DNA of 60,771 nucleotides from an uncultured Candidatus Saccharibacteria bacterium (GCA_964484005.1 CAZADR010000004.1:1-60771); one strand, 5' to 3'; shown: positions 13,703 to 23,372, numbered from the stretch's first letter. Notes: generated from the sequence alone by a model not told the origin. Numbers and translations are program-made.

Positions 13703-13716
13703 TATTCTCTCTAAAC

Positions 13717-13745
13717 AAAAAACCACCCTCTCGGGTGGTTTTTTG
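13717..13745. terminator. Bidirectional rho-independent terminator
   Basis: A-run, then AACCACCC-tctc-GGGTGGTT, then T-run. Confidence 0.8.
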
Positions 13746-13767
13746 TTTTATATAATCTATTTTTTAT

Positions 13768-14031
13768 TTATTCTCCTTTAGCCCACTTTTTTAGTTCTTC
13801 ATAACTCTCCTCCCCGCAAATCCATTTATCGGTCTTTGTATTATAAAAAAATGGCACTCCCCCACAGAAATCTTTATCAAGGGCAATTAATTTCTTTTCA
13901 TTTTCTTTGTTGTGCCAGACTTCCAAGCTTTCAATTTTTATTCCTTCTTCTTTTTCTAAACGCTCCACTAGCTCGTGCATGCTCACGCAGTGTGGGCATT
14001 CTGTTCCATAAAATTCAAGTAAATGATTCAT
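13768..14031 (-). CDS. Thioredoxin-fold protein (glutaredoxin/thioredoxin-like, CPHC)
   Basis: 87 aa. FYGTECPHCVSM contains the active-site motif. Confidence 0.75.
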   Translation of the reverse strand: MNHLLEFYGTECPHCVSMHELVERLEKEEGIKIESLEVWHNKENEKKLIALDKDFCGGVPFFYNTKTDKWICGEESYEELKKWAKGE

Positions 14032-14041
14032 AGAAGTTAAA

Positions 14042-14144
14042 GTTAAGATTTGTTATTTAAAAAGCCTTGCGCAGGCTGTCGAGCCGAGCAGTTCGCTAGC
14101 GCAGTAGCGCTAGATAGATTGCTTTATAAATAACAAATCTTAAC
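14042..14144. repeat. ~100-nt structured palindromic element, copy 1
   Basis: The outer ~24-nt arms are complementary, with inner hairpins GGCT-gtcg-AGCC and CTAGCGC-agta-GCGCTAG. The homologous copy is at 15958..16053. Confidence 0.8.
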
Positions 14145-14148
14145 GACC

Positions 14149-14400
14149 TTACTTAACTAACCTTGATAAACGAGACTTCTTGCGAGCAGCGTTGTTTTTC
14201 TTGATTACTCCTTTTTGAGCAGATTTGTCTATCGCTTGAAAAGCTCCTGAAAGCATCTTTTCTGCTTCAGCTTTATCTGTTTTGGCTACTTTCTCGATTT
14301 TCTTTATTATTTCCTTCATGACCTTCTTGCGCTTGTCATTAATAGCTTTTTTACGAAGAGATCCTCGGATTGCTTTTTTAGCTGATTGTGTTATTGGCAT
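14149..14400 (-). CDS. rpsT: 30S ribosomal protein S20
   Basis: 83 aa. MPITQSAKKAIRGSLRKK...AARKKSRLSRLV. Confidence 0.9.
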   Translation of the reverse strand: MPITQSAKKAIRGSLRKKAINDKRKKVMKEIIKKIEKVAKTDKAEAEKMLSGAFQAIDKSAQKGVIKKNNAARKKSRLSRLVK

Positions 14401-14472
14401 AAATGTAATTTAACAGAAAAAACCATAAAATGCAACCCCGCCATGACAAAACAAATATGCTATGATTAAGTA

Positions 14473-15039
14473 ATGATAGGAAGCATAAAGGGAAAAATAA
14501 CACTTAAAACTGACAAGTTTTTAATAGTTGAAACAGGTGGTGTCGGTTACAAGATAAGCACCTCCCCTGACTTATTGTCTAAAACTGAAAAAACAGGCGG
14601 TGAAATAATGTTATGGATTCATACGCATGTACGCGAAGACGCATTAGACTTGTATGGATTTTCAGAACGAGCAGAATTAGAGTTTTTTGAAATGCTTTTA
14701 AATGTTTCTGGCATCGGTCCAAGATCAGCTCTGGCAATATTGGGGATAGCCTCAATCGAAACACTCCGCAAGGCTATCGGCACAGGAGACACGAGCTATC
14801 TAACGAAAATATCCGGCATTGGTAGAAAAACTGCAGAAAAAATTGTCATAGAATTACGAGACAAGGTGGGAGAAGAAAAGGGTGGAAGTTCATTACAGGG
14901 AGAGCTTGATGCACTGGAAGCACTCAAGTCTCTCGGCTATTCACAAAATGAAGCTCGTGATGCATTGAAAAAAGTGACTCCCGACACAAACACAAACACA
15001 AAAATCCGTGAGGCTTTAAAAATTTTAGGTGGAAAATAG
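14473..15039 (+). CDS. ruvA: Holliday junction DNA helicase subunit RuvA
   Basis: MIGSIKGKI...VETGGVGYKI..., followed by HhH motifs (VSGIGPRSAL, ISGIGRKTAEKI). Confidence 0.9.
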   Translation: MIGSIKGKITLKTDKFLIVETGGVGYKISTSPDLLSKTEKTGGEIMLWIHTHVREDALDLYGFSERAELEFFEMLLNVSGIGPRSALAILGIASIETLRKAIGTGDTSYLTKISGIGRKTAEKIVIELRDKVGEEKGGSSLQGELDALEALKSLGYSQNEARDALKKVTPDTNTNTKIREALKILGGK

Positions 15040-15951
15040 ATGCCCGAATTACCAGAAGTAGAAAATTTGCGCCTTGGACTTGAGAGGGTCATTCTCGGTC
15101 AAAAAATCCGCCATGTAAAAGTCTACAAACCAAAGCTTGTCTCTGGTAAAGGAACCTTGCGTCTTGCTTCTTCAAAAAAGAAAAATGAATTTGAGAGTGG
15201 TGTCAAAGGAGAAAGTTTTATTAGAGTAGAACGCCGAGCTAAAAATTTAATTTTCAAACTAAGCCACAACAAAATTATTCTGGCGCACTTAAAGATGTCG
15301 GGGCAGTTTGTTTATTCGCCCTTCGAAGCCTCGGCGAAGAAGGGTAAATCTGTTATAGGTGGACACCCGATAGAACTATCAGAAAAAGAACTTCCAAATA
15401 AACATACACACATAATTTTTACGCTAAATAAAGGAACTCTTTATTACAATGACACCAGAATGTTCGGTTATCTTTTATATTATCCAAGTATTAAAGCTTT
15501 TGAATCTAAAAATCATTTTGTAAATTACGGGGTTGAACCACTATCAAAAAACTTTTCTCTCCAGTATTTCATAAAAGAATTAAAAACTAAAAAAGGCAAA
15601 ATAAAAGCGGTGCTTATGGACCAAAAAATTGTCACTGGCCTCGGAAATATTTATGCCGATGAAAGTTTATTTGAAGCACGCATCCGTCCGGACCAAAATG
15701 CTTCTTCTATTTCTCGCACCGAAACAGAAAAATTATATAAGGCAATAATTAGAATCCTAAAACGAGCAATAAAAGTTGGTGGGTCTTCTGTGGCTACATA
15801 CAGACTCCTTGATGATACTCGAGGAAACTACGCAAGGGAGCACAAAGTATATGGCAAAGCTGGGAAACAGTGCCCAAATTGCGGCAAAATCCTTTCAAAG
15901 ACAACAATCCAAAGCCGAACTACTATTTTCTGTCAGAATTGTCAGAAATAG
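15040..15951 (+). CDS. mutM: Formamidopyrimidine-DNA glycosylase
   Basis: MPELPEVE at the N-terminus and a C-terminal zinc finger (CPNCG...CQNCQ). Confidence 0.9.
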   Translation: MPELPEVENLRLGLERVILGQKIRHVKVYKPKLVSGKGTLRLASSKKKNEFESGVKGESFIRVERRAKNLIFKLSHNKIILAHLKMSGQFVYSPFEASAKKGKSVIGGHPIELSEKELPNKHTHIIFTLNKGTLYYNDTRMFGYLLYYPSIKAFESKNHFVNYGVEPLSKNFSLQYFIKELKTKKGKIKAVLMDQKIVTGLGNIYADESLFEARIRPDQNASSISRTETEKLYKAIIRILKRAIKVGGSSVATYRLLDDTRGNYAREHKVYGKAGKQCPNCGKILSKTTIQSRTTIFCQNCQK

Positions 15952-15957
15952 CTCAAA

Positions 15958-16053
15958 AGAATTTGTGATTTAGAAAGCCTTGCGCAGGCCGACGGGCCGA
16001 GGTTTCGCTGGCATAGTAATGCCAGATAGATTGCTTTATAAATTACAAATTCT
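15958..16053. repeat. ~100-nt structured palindromic element, copy 2
   Basis: Same architecture as 14042..14144, with compensatory stem changes (GGCC-gacg-GGCC; CTGGCAT-agta-ATGCCAG). Its 3' arm overlaps the last codons of the minus-strand methyltransferase gene. Confidence 0.8.
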
Positions 16054-16512
16054 AAATAATGCTATTCCAAAAGCCACAGAAACATTTAGTGATTCCTTTT
16101 TACCTCTCATTGGTATCTCTGCGATAACATCACATTTATTTAACACATTTTTTGGTATACCAGTCACTTCTGCACCTACTATAAATACATTCTTTTTTTG
16201 TAATTTTACTTTTTTGTAATCAACAGACTTTTTATCTTGCTCGATGGCTATAATTTTATAGCCTTCTTTCTTCAGCTTTGTAAGCAAGGGAAAAACACTT
16301 TTCTTCTGCTCCCAAGAAACAAACTCTTCTGCCCCCAGGGCAGACTTTGCCAAATCTCCCCTTTTTCTACCAAAGCGATCTAATGGACAAGGTGTATGGC
16401 CTGTAAGATAAATCTTATCTATACCAACAGCATCAGCAGTGCGAAACATCGCCCCTACATTTTCCACACTCCGTATATTATGTAAAATTACTATATTGTT
16501 TTGGTTTTTCAT
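16036..16512 (-). CDS. SpoU/TrmH-family RNA 2'-O-methyltransferase
   Basis: LHNIRSVENVGAMFRTADAVGIDKIYLTG and a C-terminal ...IPMRGKKESLNVSVAFGIALF knot motif. Confidence 0.8.
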   Translation of the reverse strand: MKNQNNIVILHNIRSVENVGAMFRTADAVGIDKIYLTGHTPCPLDRFGRKRGDLAKSALGAEEFVSWEQKKSVFPLLTKLKKEGYKIIAIEQDKKSVDYKKVKLQKKNVFIVGAEVTGIPKNVLNKCDVIAEIPMRGKKESLNVSVAFGIALFRICNL

Positions 16513-17816
16513 TATTTTAAGAAGTTTCTATTACGCATGTTTTTATGATAATTAATAGCAAATCTGTGTGCTTCGCTGTTTGCTAATAAGATTTCCCTTT
16601 CATATTTTAAGCAAAGTTTTTTATCCCCTAAAATATCTTTCGGTTTGTGCCTTTCGTCTTTCAAAACAGAAACCACGGAAATATCTAAATTCATTTTAGC
16701 TAATACTTTTTTTGCAGTATTAATCTGTGCCTTTCCCCCGTCTACCACTATCAAATTAGGATAAGTCCATTCTGCGTGAGCCAAGCGCCTTTCTAGTACT
16801 TCTTTTAGTGCACCTGTATCGTTTGCATTATTTTGAGTTCTAATTTTAAACTTTTTATATTCACTTTTTACCACTTCCCCGTTTTCTACGACAGTCATGA
16901 CTCCAACCATGTTTTTTCCTCCCATGTGAGCAATATCATAAGCTTCTAAACGAAATAAAGCAGGGTTCTCCTTTTGTTCAGGTCCTCGGATCTCGGGGTC
17001 CCCTACCCCCGCCAGACCATTCACAAAAGCAGAACCCTGCTTTATTAAAGCTACATCATTTATATGTTTAAGAGCAAAAATTTGTCTTTTAATTTCTCCC
17101 GCTTTTTCAAATTCATGAGATTTTGAATAAGCATTCATTTCTTTCTCAAGATTTTTTAAAATCTGCTTCTTTTTACCTTCAAAAAATAATTTAATATTTC
17201 TTATATTCTGTAAATAAAGTTTTCTGTCATTTAAATCCGGCACTAGGTTTATCTGTTTATAAAACTCAATATAATTTTTACTCTTATCATCTAGGAACGG
17301 AAAAATCCTACGAACTATTTTTAATGCTTCGCGTAATTGAGTACTACTCGGAAACGGACCGAAAATTGATTGGGGTTGAAAATTTTGAATGGTGTGGGTC
17401 CCAACCCGTACTCGGGGAAGGGTTAAGCCAGAAAAATTTTTAATCCCAGTCAATTCCCTCCCACGTAAAATAATAACTTTTGGTAGCTCCTCTTTAGTTA
17501 TACAAACATAATTAAAACTTTTATCTGATTTTTCTTTAGTGTTATATTTGGGCTGATGTTTTTTAATTAAATTCGCCTCTAGAATTAATGCCTCCAACAC
17601 ACTGTCGGTAACTTCAAATTTTATTTTGTCTGCTTTAAAAACCATATCCACAAGTATTGGACCCCTGGTCTCAATCAAATCTTTTCCAAAATAACTTTTT
17701 ACCCTGTCCTTCAGTGAAGTAGCTTTACCAATATAAATTATCTCTCTACCCTTTAAAAAGAAATACACACCAGGGCTATCAGGTATTTTAATTTTTTTTA
17801 GATTTTGGCTGTTCAT
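16512..17816 (-). CDS. uvrC: Excinuclease ABC subunit C (short form, no C-terminal HhH)
   Basis: GIY-YIG domain (PGVYFFLKGREIIYIGKATSLKDRVKSYF), a UVR-like segment and a C-terminal nuclease domain. Carries a GC-rich insert at 16981..17018. Confidence 0.85.
   Translation of the reverse strand: MNSQNLKKIKIPDSPGVYFFLKGREIIYIGKATSLKDRVKSYFGKDLIETRGPILVDMVFKADKIKFEVTDSVLEALILEANLIKKHQPKYNTKEKSDKSFNYVCITKEELPKVIILRGRELTGIKNFSGLTLPRVRVGTHTIQNFQPQSIFGPFPSSTQLREALKIVRRIFPFLDDKSKNYIEFYKQINLVPDLNDRKLYLQNIRNIKLFFEGKKKQILKNLEKEMNAYSKSHEFEKAGEIKRQIFALKHINDVALIKQGSAFVNGLAGVGDPEIRGPEQKENPALFRLEAYDIAHMGGKNMVGVMTVVENGEVVKSEYKKFKIRTQNNANDTGALKEVLERRLAHAEWTYPNLIVVDGGKAQINTAKKVLAKMNLDISVVSVLKDERHKPKDILGDKKLCLKYEREILLANSEAHRFAINYHKNMRNRNFLK
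16981..17018. repeat. ~37-nt GC-rich hairpin element inside uvrC
   Basis: GGTCCTCGGATCTCGGGGTCCCCTACCCCCGCCAGACC, translated on the minus strand as GLAGVGDPEIRGP. Confidence 0.85.
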
Positions 17817-17820
17817 TTTT

Positions 17821-20481
17821 TTATTTACGCAAAACTTTCTTTAAGTATTTTCCAGTGTGACTTTTATTATTATTGGAGACATCTTCCGGAGTACCCTTGG
17901 CTACTATATTACCACCATTTACTCCCCCTTCGGGACCGATGTCTATAACATAATCAGAACTTTTTACTATATCAAGATTGTGTTCTATGAGAACCACAGT
18001 ATTTCCTTTTGACACAAGCTTATTTAAAACTTCCAAAAGTTTCTGCACATCATCATAGTGCAGACCAACGGTTGGCTCATCTAAAAGATAAATAGTTTTT
18101 TCCAAATGAGGGCGATAAAGCTCACTAGATATTTTTACACGTTGTGCTTCTCCGCCAGAAAGAGTTGTAGCAGATTGGCCAAGCTCCAAATATCCGAGCC
18201 CCACATCCATCAAAGTTTGCAGTCTATCAGAAACTGCGGGAATGTCTTTAAAGAACAAAAGCCCTTCCTCCACCGTCATATGTAAAACTTCATGTATATT
18301 TTTCTTTTTATATTTTACGGTCAGGGTTTCTTTATCAAAACGCTTACCATCACAGACATCACAGGTGACATAGACGGTCGGCAAAAAGTGCATCTCCACT
18401 GCGATTTCACCATTTCCTTCACAAGCCTCACAACGACCACCTTTTACATTAAAAGAAAAACGATTGGCCTTCCAACCACGAAGGCGTGCTTCTTCAGTCG
18501 TAGCAAAAATATCTCGAATATGAGTAAAGGAGCCTGTATAAGTCGCGATATTTGATCTGGGTGTGCGTCCAATTGGAGATTGATCTATAAGAATTGCACG
18601 AGAAAGGTATTCTGTACCAGAAAAAGAAGAACAATTAAAAACTTTTGCTGTACGATATTTTCTTTCATAGCGCGCCTGCAGATTTTTATAAAGAATCTCA
18701 TACATGAAAGAGCTTTTTCCAGAGCCAGAAACACCAGTGATAGAAGTCATCACACCTAGAGGAACCTCTATATTCATGTTATTTATATTAAAAATCTTTC
18801 CTCCAGCAATTCGTAATACTCCTTTTGCTTGGCGTCTTTTTTCTGGAATCTCTATTCTTGTTTCACCGCGAAGATAGCTCAAGGTTCTAGAATTATTTGT
18901 ATTTTTCTTGGCAGTAAGTAAATCTTCTAAGTAATCAGCTACGATTACTTTTCCTCCATGCACTCCTGCTTTTGGCCCAATATCAACAATATAATCCGAA
19001 GCATAAATAGTGTCTTCGTCATGTTCTACTATTAGAATAGTGTTTCCTAAATCTCTCAAGTTCTGTAATGTTTTAATGAGTCTATCGTTGTCTCTCTGGT
19101 GCAGGCCAATAGTAGGCTCATCGAGCACATACAATGCACCGACTAGCCTAGAGCCGAGCTGTGAAGCCAGGCGAATACGCTGTGCCTCTCCCCCAGAGAG
19201 AGTATTTGCCTTACGAGAAAGCTGTAAATAATCTAGGCCAACATCCAGCATAAATTGAAGGCGGGCCTCTATCTCTTTGACTACGGGGACAGATATTTCT
19301 TTTTCTTGTTCAGATAATTTTAAATTCTTAAAAAAATCATGCGCATCTTTTATTGAAAGCTCCGCGAGGTCTAGTATATTTACTTTCTTCTTTCCTGCTT
19401 CCAAAAAAACGTTCAGGGCCTCGGGTCGCAAGCGTGCGCCATTGCACACATCACATTTTTCTTCTCCCATAAAATATTTAGAACCGAGCCCATTACAAGC
19501 CGGACACGCACCATATGGTGAGTTGAAAGAAAAGAGCCTAGGCTCAACCTCTGGAAAAGAAAAGCCGTCATTTTTACAAGCAAATTTAGCAGACATAATA
19601 AATTCCTCTTCACCCATCTTAAAAGAAACCAATCCATCTGACTCTATCAGTGCTCTCTCTATGGCTTCTGCTAGGCGCATCCTGCTACCTTCTTTGTTAT
19701 CTTTAAATTCATGTAATGCAAAATGATCTACCAATATATCTATATTGTGTGTTTTGGTTTTAGAAAGAGTAATCTGCTCACGAAGCTTTTTCATCACGCC
19801 GTCCAAACGAATTTCTGAAAAACCTTTTCCCAGTAAATCATAAAGCAATTGATAATATTCCCCTTTTCGCCCCCTAACAACAGGAGAAAAAATACTGATT
19901 TCTGTTTCATCCCATTCCACTCCCATCACCTTCCTCTTGCTCTTAGGTTTTGGAGAAGAAAAATTCTGATCCGTGTCGGAGCCCGTCGGATTTTGACGGG
20001 TAAAGCGGGCAGAATTTTTTTTCTCCAAAATATTCACTTTCTCTAAAACAAAATTTAAAATTTCTTCATTAGATAATTTTTTAATTTCTTCTCCGCACTG
20101 TGGGCAGTGTGGGTGCCCAATACGCGCATACATCACACGCAAGTAATCATAAATCTCAGTAATCGTAGCTACAGTAGAACGCGGATTATTGGAACGAGAT
20201 TTTTGATCAATAGAAATTGCTGGAGAAAGACCCGTTATCTCATCCACATCTGGCTTTGGCATTTGGTTTAAAAACTGGCGAGCATAAGAAGACAAGGACT
20301 CCACATATCGTCTCTGCCCCTCAGCAAAGACAGTATCAAAAGCCAAGGAAGACTTTCCAGAGCCAGAGACACCAGTAATGACCACCATCTTATTGCGTGG
20401 CATTTCTACACTTATATTCTTCAAATTATGGGTCCGTGCCCCTTTTATTGTTATTTTGTCTATGTTTTTGTCTGTTTTCAT
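17821..20481 (-). CDS. uvrA: Excinuclease ABC subunit A
   Basis: [14 protein letters not shown], two ABC modules (GVSGSGKSS twice; LSGGE twice) and zinc fingers. The start is placed at the internal ATG (MKTDKNIDK); the ORF opens at 20541. Confidence 0.95.
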   Translation of the reverse strand: MKTDKNIDKITIKGARTHNLKNISVEMPRNKMVVITGVSGSGKSSLAFDTVFAEGQRRYVESLSSYARQFLNQMPKPDVDEITGLSPAISIDQKSRSNNPRSTVATITEIYDYLRVMYARIGHPHCPQCGEEIKKLSNEEILNFVLEKVNILEKKNSARFTRQNPTGSDTDQNFSSPKPKSKRKVMGVEWDETEISIFSPVVRGRKGEYYQLLYDLLGKGFSEIRLDGVMKKLREQITLSKTKTHNIDILVDHFALHEFKDNKEGSRMRLAEAIERALIESDGLVSFKMGEEEFIMSAKFACKNDGFSFPEVEPRLFSFNSPYGACPACNGLGSKYFMGEEKCDVCNGARLRPEALNVFLEAGKKKVNILDLAELSIKDAHDFFKNLKLSEQEKEISVPVVKEIEARLQFMLDVGLDYLQLSRKANTLSGGEAQRIRLASQLGSRLVGALYVLDEPTIGLHQRDNDRLIKTLQNLRDLGNTILIVEHDEDTIYASDYIVDIGPKAGVHGGKVIVADYLEDLLTAKKNTNNSRTLSYLRGETRIEIPEKRRQAKGVLRIAGGKIFNINNMNIEVPLGVMTSITGVSGSGKSSFMYEILYKNLQARYERKYRTAKVFNCSSFSGTEYLSRAILIDQSPIGRTPRSNIATYTGSFTHIRDIFATTEEARLRGWKANRFSFNVKGGRCEACEGNGEIAVEMHFLPTVYVTCDVCDGKRFDKETLTVKYKKKNIHEVLHMTVEEGLLFFKDIPAVSDRLQTLMDVGLGYLELGQSATTLSGGEAQRVKISSELYRPHLEKTIYLLDEPTVGLHYDDVQKLLEVLNKLVSKGNTVVLIEHNLDIVKSSDYVIDIGPEGGVNGGNIVAKGTPEDVSNNNKSHTGKYLKKVLRK

Positions 20482-20618
20482 TTGATTTTTTCTATACTTG
20501 TCCTGTAGTAGCCTTGCTCTACTGGGATAACGCAACCGCACCCCGCTATGCTCTTAGGGGGTGTCTATCTATATTTGACTACCTATACTATACCACAAAA
20601 ACTTCAAAAAGTCCCATG

Positions 20619-22838
20619 TTATTTTTTCTTTTCTAAATTAGTTCTCAATACCCCAATCTCATCCCGCAATATCGCTGCAGTTTCAAAATCCAATTCTTTC
20701 ACAGCTTTACTCATTTCTTTTTCTTTAATTTTTATTATTTTTTCGTAAATCAAATCTCCAATTTCTTCATCAGATAAATAAGACTGCCCAACGCTCGTAT
20801 TAGGAATTTTTGTTTTTTTAGACTTTTGTTCTTTTTTAAATTCTTTAGCATAAGCTCTTTTAAATACTTCTAGGTCCAGCCCCAGCTCTATGTTTACCGT
20901 TTTTCCATGTTCACTTTGAAGTTCCTCGGTAATATCTTTTATCTTTTTACTAATAGTTATCGGAGTAATATTGTGTTTCTTGTTATAAGCAAGCTGAATA
21001 TCTCGACGGCGCTTTGTCTCTCCGAGGGCACTCTCCATAGCATCAGTCATAATGTCTGCATAAAGAATCACTTTTCCCTCGCTGTTTCGGGCAGCACGGC
21101 CAATGGTCTGAATGAGAGAGGTCTCGGAACGCAAGAATCCAGCCTTGTCTGCATCCAATATTCCAATCAAGGCCACTTCTGGTAAGTCTAGCCCTTCACG
21201 CAAAAGGTTTACTCCGACCAAAACATCAAAAGTCCCCTTTCGAAATTCAGTGAGAATCTTAATTCTTTCCATTGTTTTAATATCACTGTGTAAATATTCT
21301 GCTTTTATTTTTTTATCTTTTAAGTAAAGTGATAAATCTTCTGCCATTTTTTTTGTCAAAGTGGTAGCTAAAACTCTAAACCCCCTAAAAATTGTTTTTT
21401 CTGCTTCCTGTATAAAATCCTGAATTTGGCCAGAATAATTACTCTTCGCCGAGACCGGACGAATAATAGTCTCTGGATCTACTAGACCTGTAGGACGAAT
21501 AATTTGTTCCACTATTTGCTCACTCTCTGTTCTCTCTTGTTCACTTGGAGTGGCACTGGTATACACCACAGGTCCAATTCGTTTTTTAAACTCTTCATAT
21601 TTTAGCGGCCTATTATCTTTAGCTGAAGGTAAACGAAAACCATACTCTACAAGTGTTTTCTTTCGTGAAGCATCTCCAGCATACATCCCCTGTAATTGAG
21701 GCAAGGTAACATGAGACTCGTCTATGATAGTAAGAAAATCCGGAATATACTCAGAGGAGTCTTCGCCACTGCCAGAAAAATCTTGCCCTTCCAAGACAGA
21801 CTGCGAACGACGGCGAGTATATTCCGGATTTTCTTTATGCGGAAAATAAGACAACAAAGTTTCCGGTGGTTCTCCTTCTTTTTTACCAGATAAGTGTCTA
21901 GAATAATTTTCTATACCATTACAATAGCCAATTTCTTTTATCATCGCCAAGTCATAATTTGTACGACGCTTTATTCTCTCTGCCTCTAAAAGCTTTTTTT
22001 CTTTTTCAAACTTTTTCAGCTGTAAACCAAGTTCTTTTTTTATTTCTACTAACGCCTTTTTCTTTTTTACATCTTCAGTAATAAAGTGCTTGGCGGGAAA
22101 GATAAAAATATTTTCTTCTTCTTTGATTATCTGAGAAGAAATAGGGTCTATTTTTGTTATTTGGGAAATTTGAGGTCCAGAGAATTCTATTTGATACATA
22201 ATAGTTTCAGAAACTGGCATAAACTCAACCCTAGAACCAATAGAACGAAAAGTTCCTGGATTCAAATCCGCATTGGTTCTCTCAAAATGAATCGCAATTA
22301 ATTTCTTCATCAAAGTGAGCCTGTCCATCTTCATTCCTATTTCTAGTTTCAAGTTTACTTTTTCATATTCTTCCGGACTTCCCAAACCATAAATACAAGA
22401 AACAGATGCGACAATGATTACATCTCTCCTAGTAAGTAAAGCCTGGGTTGTGGCATGACGAAGTCTGTCTATCTCCTTGTTTATAGAAGCATCTTTTTCA
22501 ATATAAGTATCTGACGCTGACATATAAGCTTCCGGTTGATAATAATCATAATAAGAAACAAAATAATGCACAGCTGCATCGGGAAAAAACTCTCTAAACT
22601 CTTGAGCCAGCTGTGCGGCAAGGGTTTTATTGTGGGCTATTACAAGTGTAGGTTTATTATACTTTGCTATCACATTTGCCATGGTAAAAGTCTTGCCTGT
22701 ACCCGTGGCCCCGAGCAATGTTTGCTTTTTTATGCCCTTTTCAAGACCCTGCAACAAAGAAGAAATAGCAGCGGGCTGGTCCCCCTCTGGTTTGAAATGG
22801 CTTTGTAGTTTAAATATATTTCCTTGATTTTTCGACAT
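20619..22838 (-). CDS. uvrB: Excinuclease ABC subunit B
   Basis: GATGTGKTFTMA, IIDESHVTLPQ, GFRLPSAKDNRPL and a C-terminal UVR domain (FETAAILRDEI). Confidence 0.95.
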   Translation of the reverse strand: MSKNQGNIFKLQSHFKPEGDQPAAISSLLQGLEKGIKKQTLLGATGTGKTFTMANVIAKYNKPTLVIAHNKTLAAQLAQEFREFFPDAAVHYFVSYYDYYQPEAYMSASDTYIEKDASINKEIDRLRHATTQALLTRRDVIIVASVSCIYGLGSPEEYEKVNLKLEIGMKMDRLTLMKKLIAIHFERTNADLNPGTFRSIGSRVEFMPVSETIMYQIEFSGPQISQITKIDPISSQIIKEEENIFIFPAKHFITEDVKKKKALVEIKKELGLQLKKFEKEKKLLEAERIKRRTNYDLAMIKEIGYCNGIENYSRHLSGKKEGEPPETLLSYFPHKENPEYTRRRSQSVLEGQDFSGSGEDSSEYIPDFLTIIDESHVTLPQLQGMYAGDASRKKTLVEYGFRLPSAKDNRPLKYEEFKKRIGPVVYTSATPSEQERTESEQIVEQIIRPTGLVDPETIIRPVSAKSNYSGQIQDFIQEAEKTIFRGFRVLATTLTKKMAEDLSLYLKDKKIKAEYLHSDIKTMERIKILTEFRKGTFDVLVGVNLLREGLDLPEVALIGILDADKAGFLRSETSLIQTIGRAARNSEGKVILYADIMTDAMESALGETKRRRDIQLAYNKKHNITPITISKKIKDITEELQSEHGKTVNIELGLDLEVFKRAYAKEFKKEQKSKKTKIPNTSVGQSYLSDEEIGDLIYEKIIKIKEKEMSKAVKELDFETAAILRDEIGVLRTNLEKKK
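21740..21827. repeat. 88-nt palindrome-ended insert inside uvrB
   Basis: 13-bp terminal inverted repeats CCGGAATATACTC / GAGTATATTCCGG. GC-rich relative to the gene, and translated as PEYTRRRSQSVLEGQDFSGSGEDSSEYIP. Confidence 0.7.
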
Positions 22839-22860
22839 ATTTCTTATACTATCATAACAT

Positions 22861-22933
22861 GCGCCCGTAGCTCAGCTGGTAGAGCAGATCCCTTTTAAGG
22901 ATAAGGTCCTCGGTTCGATCCCGAGCGGGCGCA
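22861..22933 (+). tRNA. tRNA-Lys (anticodon UUU)
   Basis: GCGCCCG acceptor, GCTC-AGCTGGTA-GAGC D-arm, anticodon loop CTTTTAA, T-arm CTCGG-TTCGATC-CCGAG. Confidence 0.9.
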
Positions 22934-22946
22934 CAGCGTTAATAAA

Positions 22947-22970
22947 AACCTGCACTGTTGCAGGTTTTTT
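22947..22970 (+). terminator. Rho-independent terminator after tRNA-Lys
   Basis: AACCTGCA-ctgt-TGCAGGTT followed by a T-run. Confidence 0.75.
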
Positions 22971-23118
22971 AGCTGTGCGGACCGCAGCGTTGTTTTGCGA
23001 GTACGCAAAACCGCGAGGGGCGGGCTGCGAAAATTTCGAGTGACGACGAGAAATTATTTGTAGCCACAAAGTGCGAGCCAAAATTATTCCTGACCACAGC
23101 GTAAATTTTTGTGTGTAT

Positions 23119-23147
23119 TTGACTCCCTAAGTATCTCGTGGTAATTT
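23119..23147 (+). promoter_or_regulatory. Sigma70-like promoter (TTGACT-N17-TAATTT, TG-extended)
   Basis: TTGACT at 23119..23124 and TGgTAATTT ending at 23147. Confidence 0.5.
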
Positions 23148-23168
23148 CTAAAAAGAAAGGAGAAAACA

Positions 23169-23372
23169 ATGTTCCCGATACAGTTGGTCAAGAAGGACAA
23201 TGGCGACTGGCAGTGTGGAATTTGCAAAGAAGACGCAGTTGGAACACAGGTCTTTCATGCAAAGAAAGGCTTCGATGATGGAGGAACTCGAACCGTTTAC
23301 ACAAAAGAATTCTTCTGCCCCAATTGCAACAAACCCCCAAAGCCGGTCGGAGATCCGATCTACGAGGACTGA
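23169..23372 (+). CDS. Small zinc-ribbon protein (67 aa), GC-enriched
   Basis: CGIC...CPNC, strong SD (AAAGGAGAA), followed by a GC-rich terminator. Confidence 0.55.
   Translation: MFPIQLVKKDNGDWQCGICKEDAVGTQVFHAKKGFDDGGTRTVYTKEFFCPNCNKPPKPVGDPIYED

Noticed and set aside
19277-19726. 149-aa plus-strand ORF, and several 60-90-aa ORFs antisense within uvrA, uvrB, polA, pcrA, the PBP gene and the T4SS genes
   Set aside because: Each lies opposite a long ORF with unmistakable conserved motifs. Their sequences are Ser/Phe/Leu-rich, as is typical of antisense reading of AT-rich genes.
22906-22926. Idea that the 37-nt GC-rich element derives from the tRNA-Lys T-arm (shared GGTCCTCGG)
   Set aside because: Only 9 nt are shared and the rest of the T-arm differs. 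That is too short to distinguish from chance without a genome-wide analysis, so it is mentioned only as a note.
22872-23169. Two minus-strand ORFs (66 and 69 aa) overlapping tRNA-Lys and its downstream region
   Set aside because: They overlap a clear tRNA gene and its terminator, and their translations are Arg/Ala-rich in a way typical of reading GC-rich non-coding DNA.
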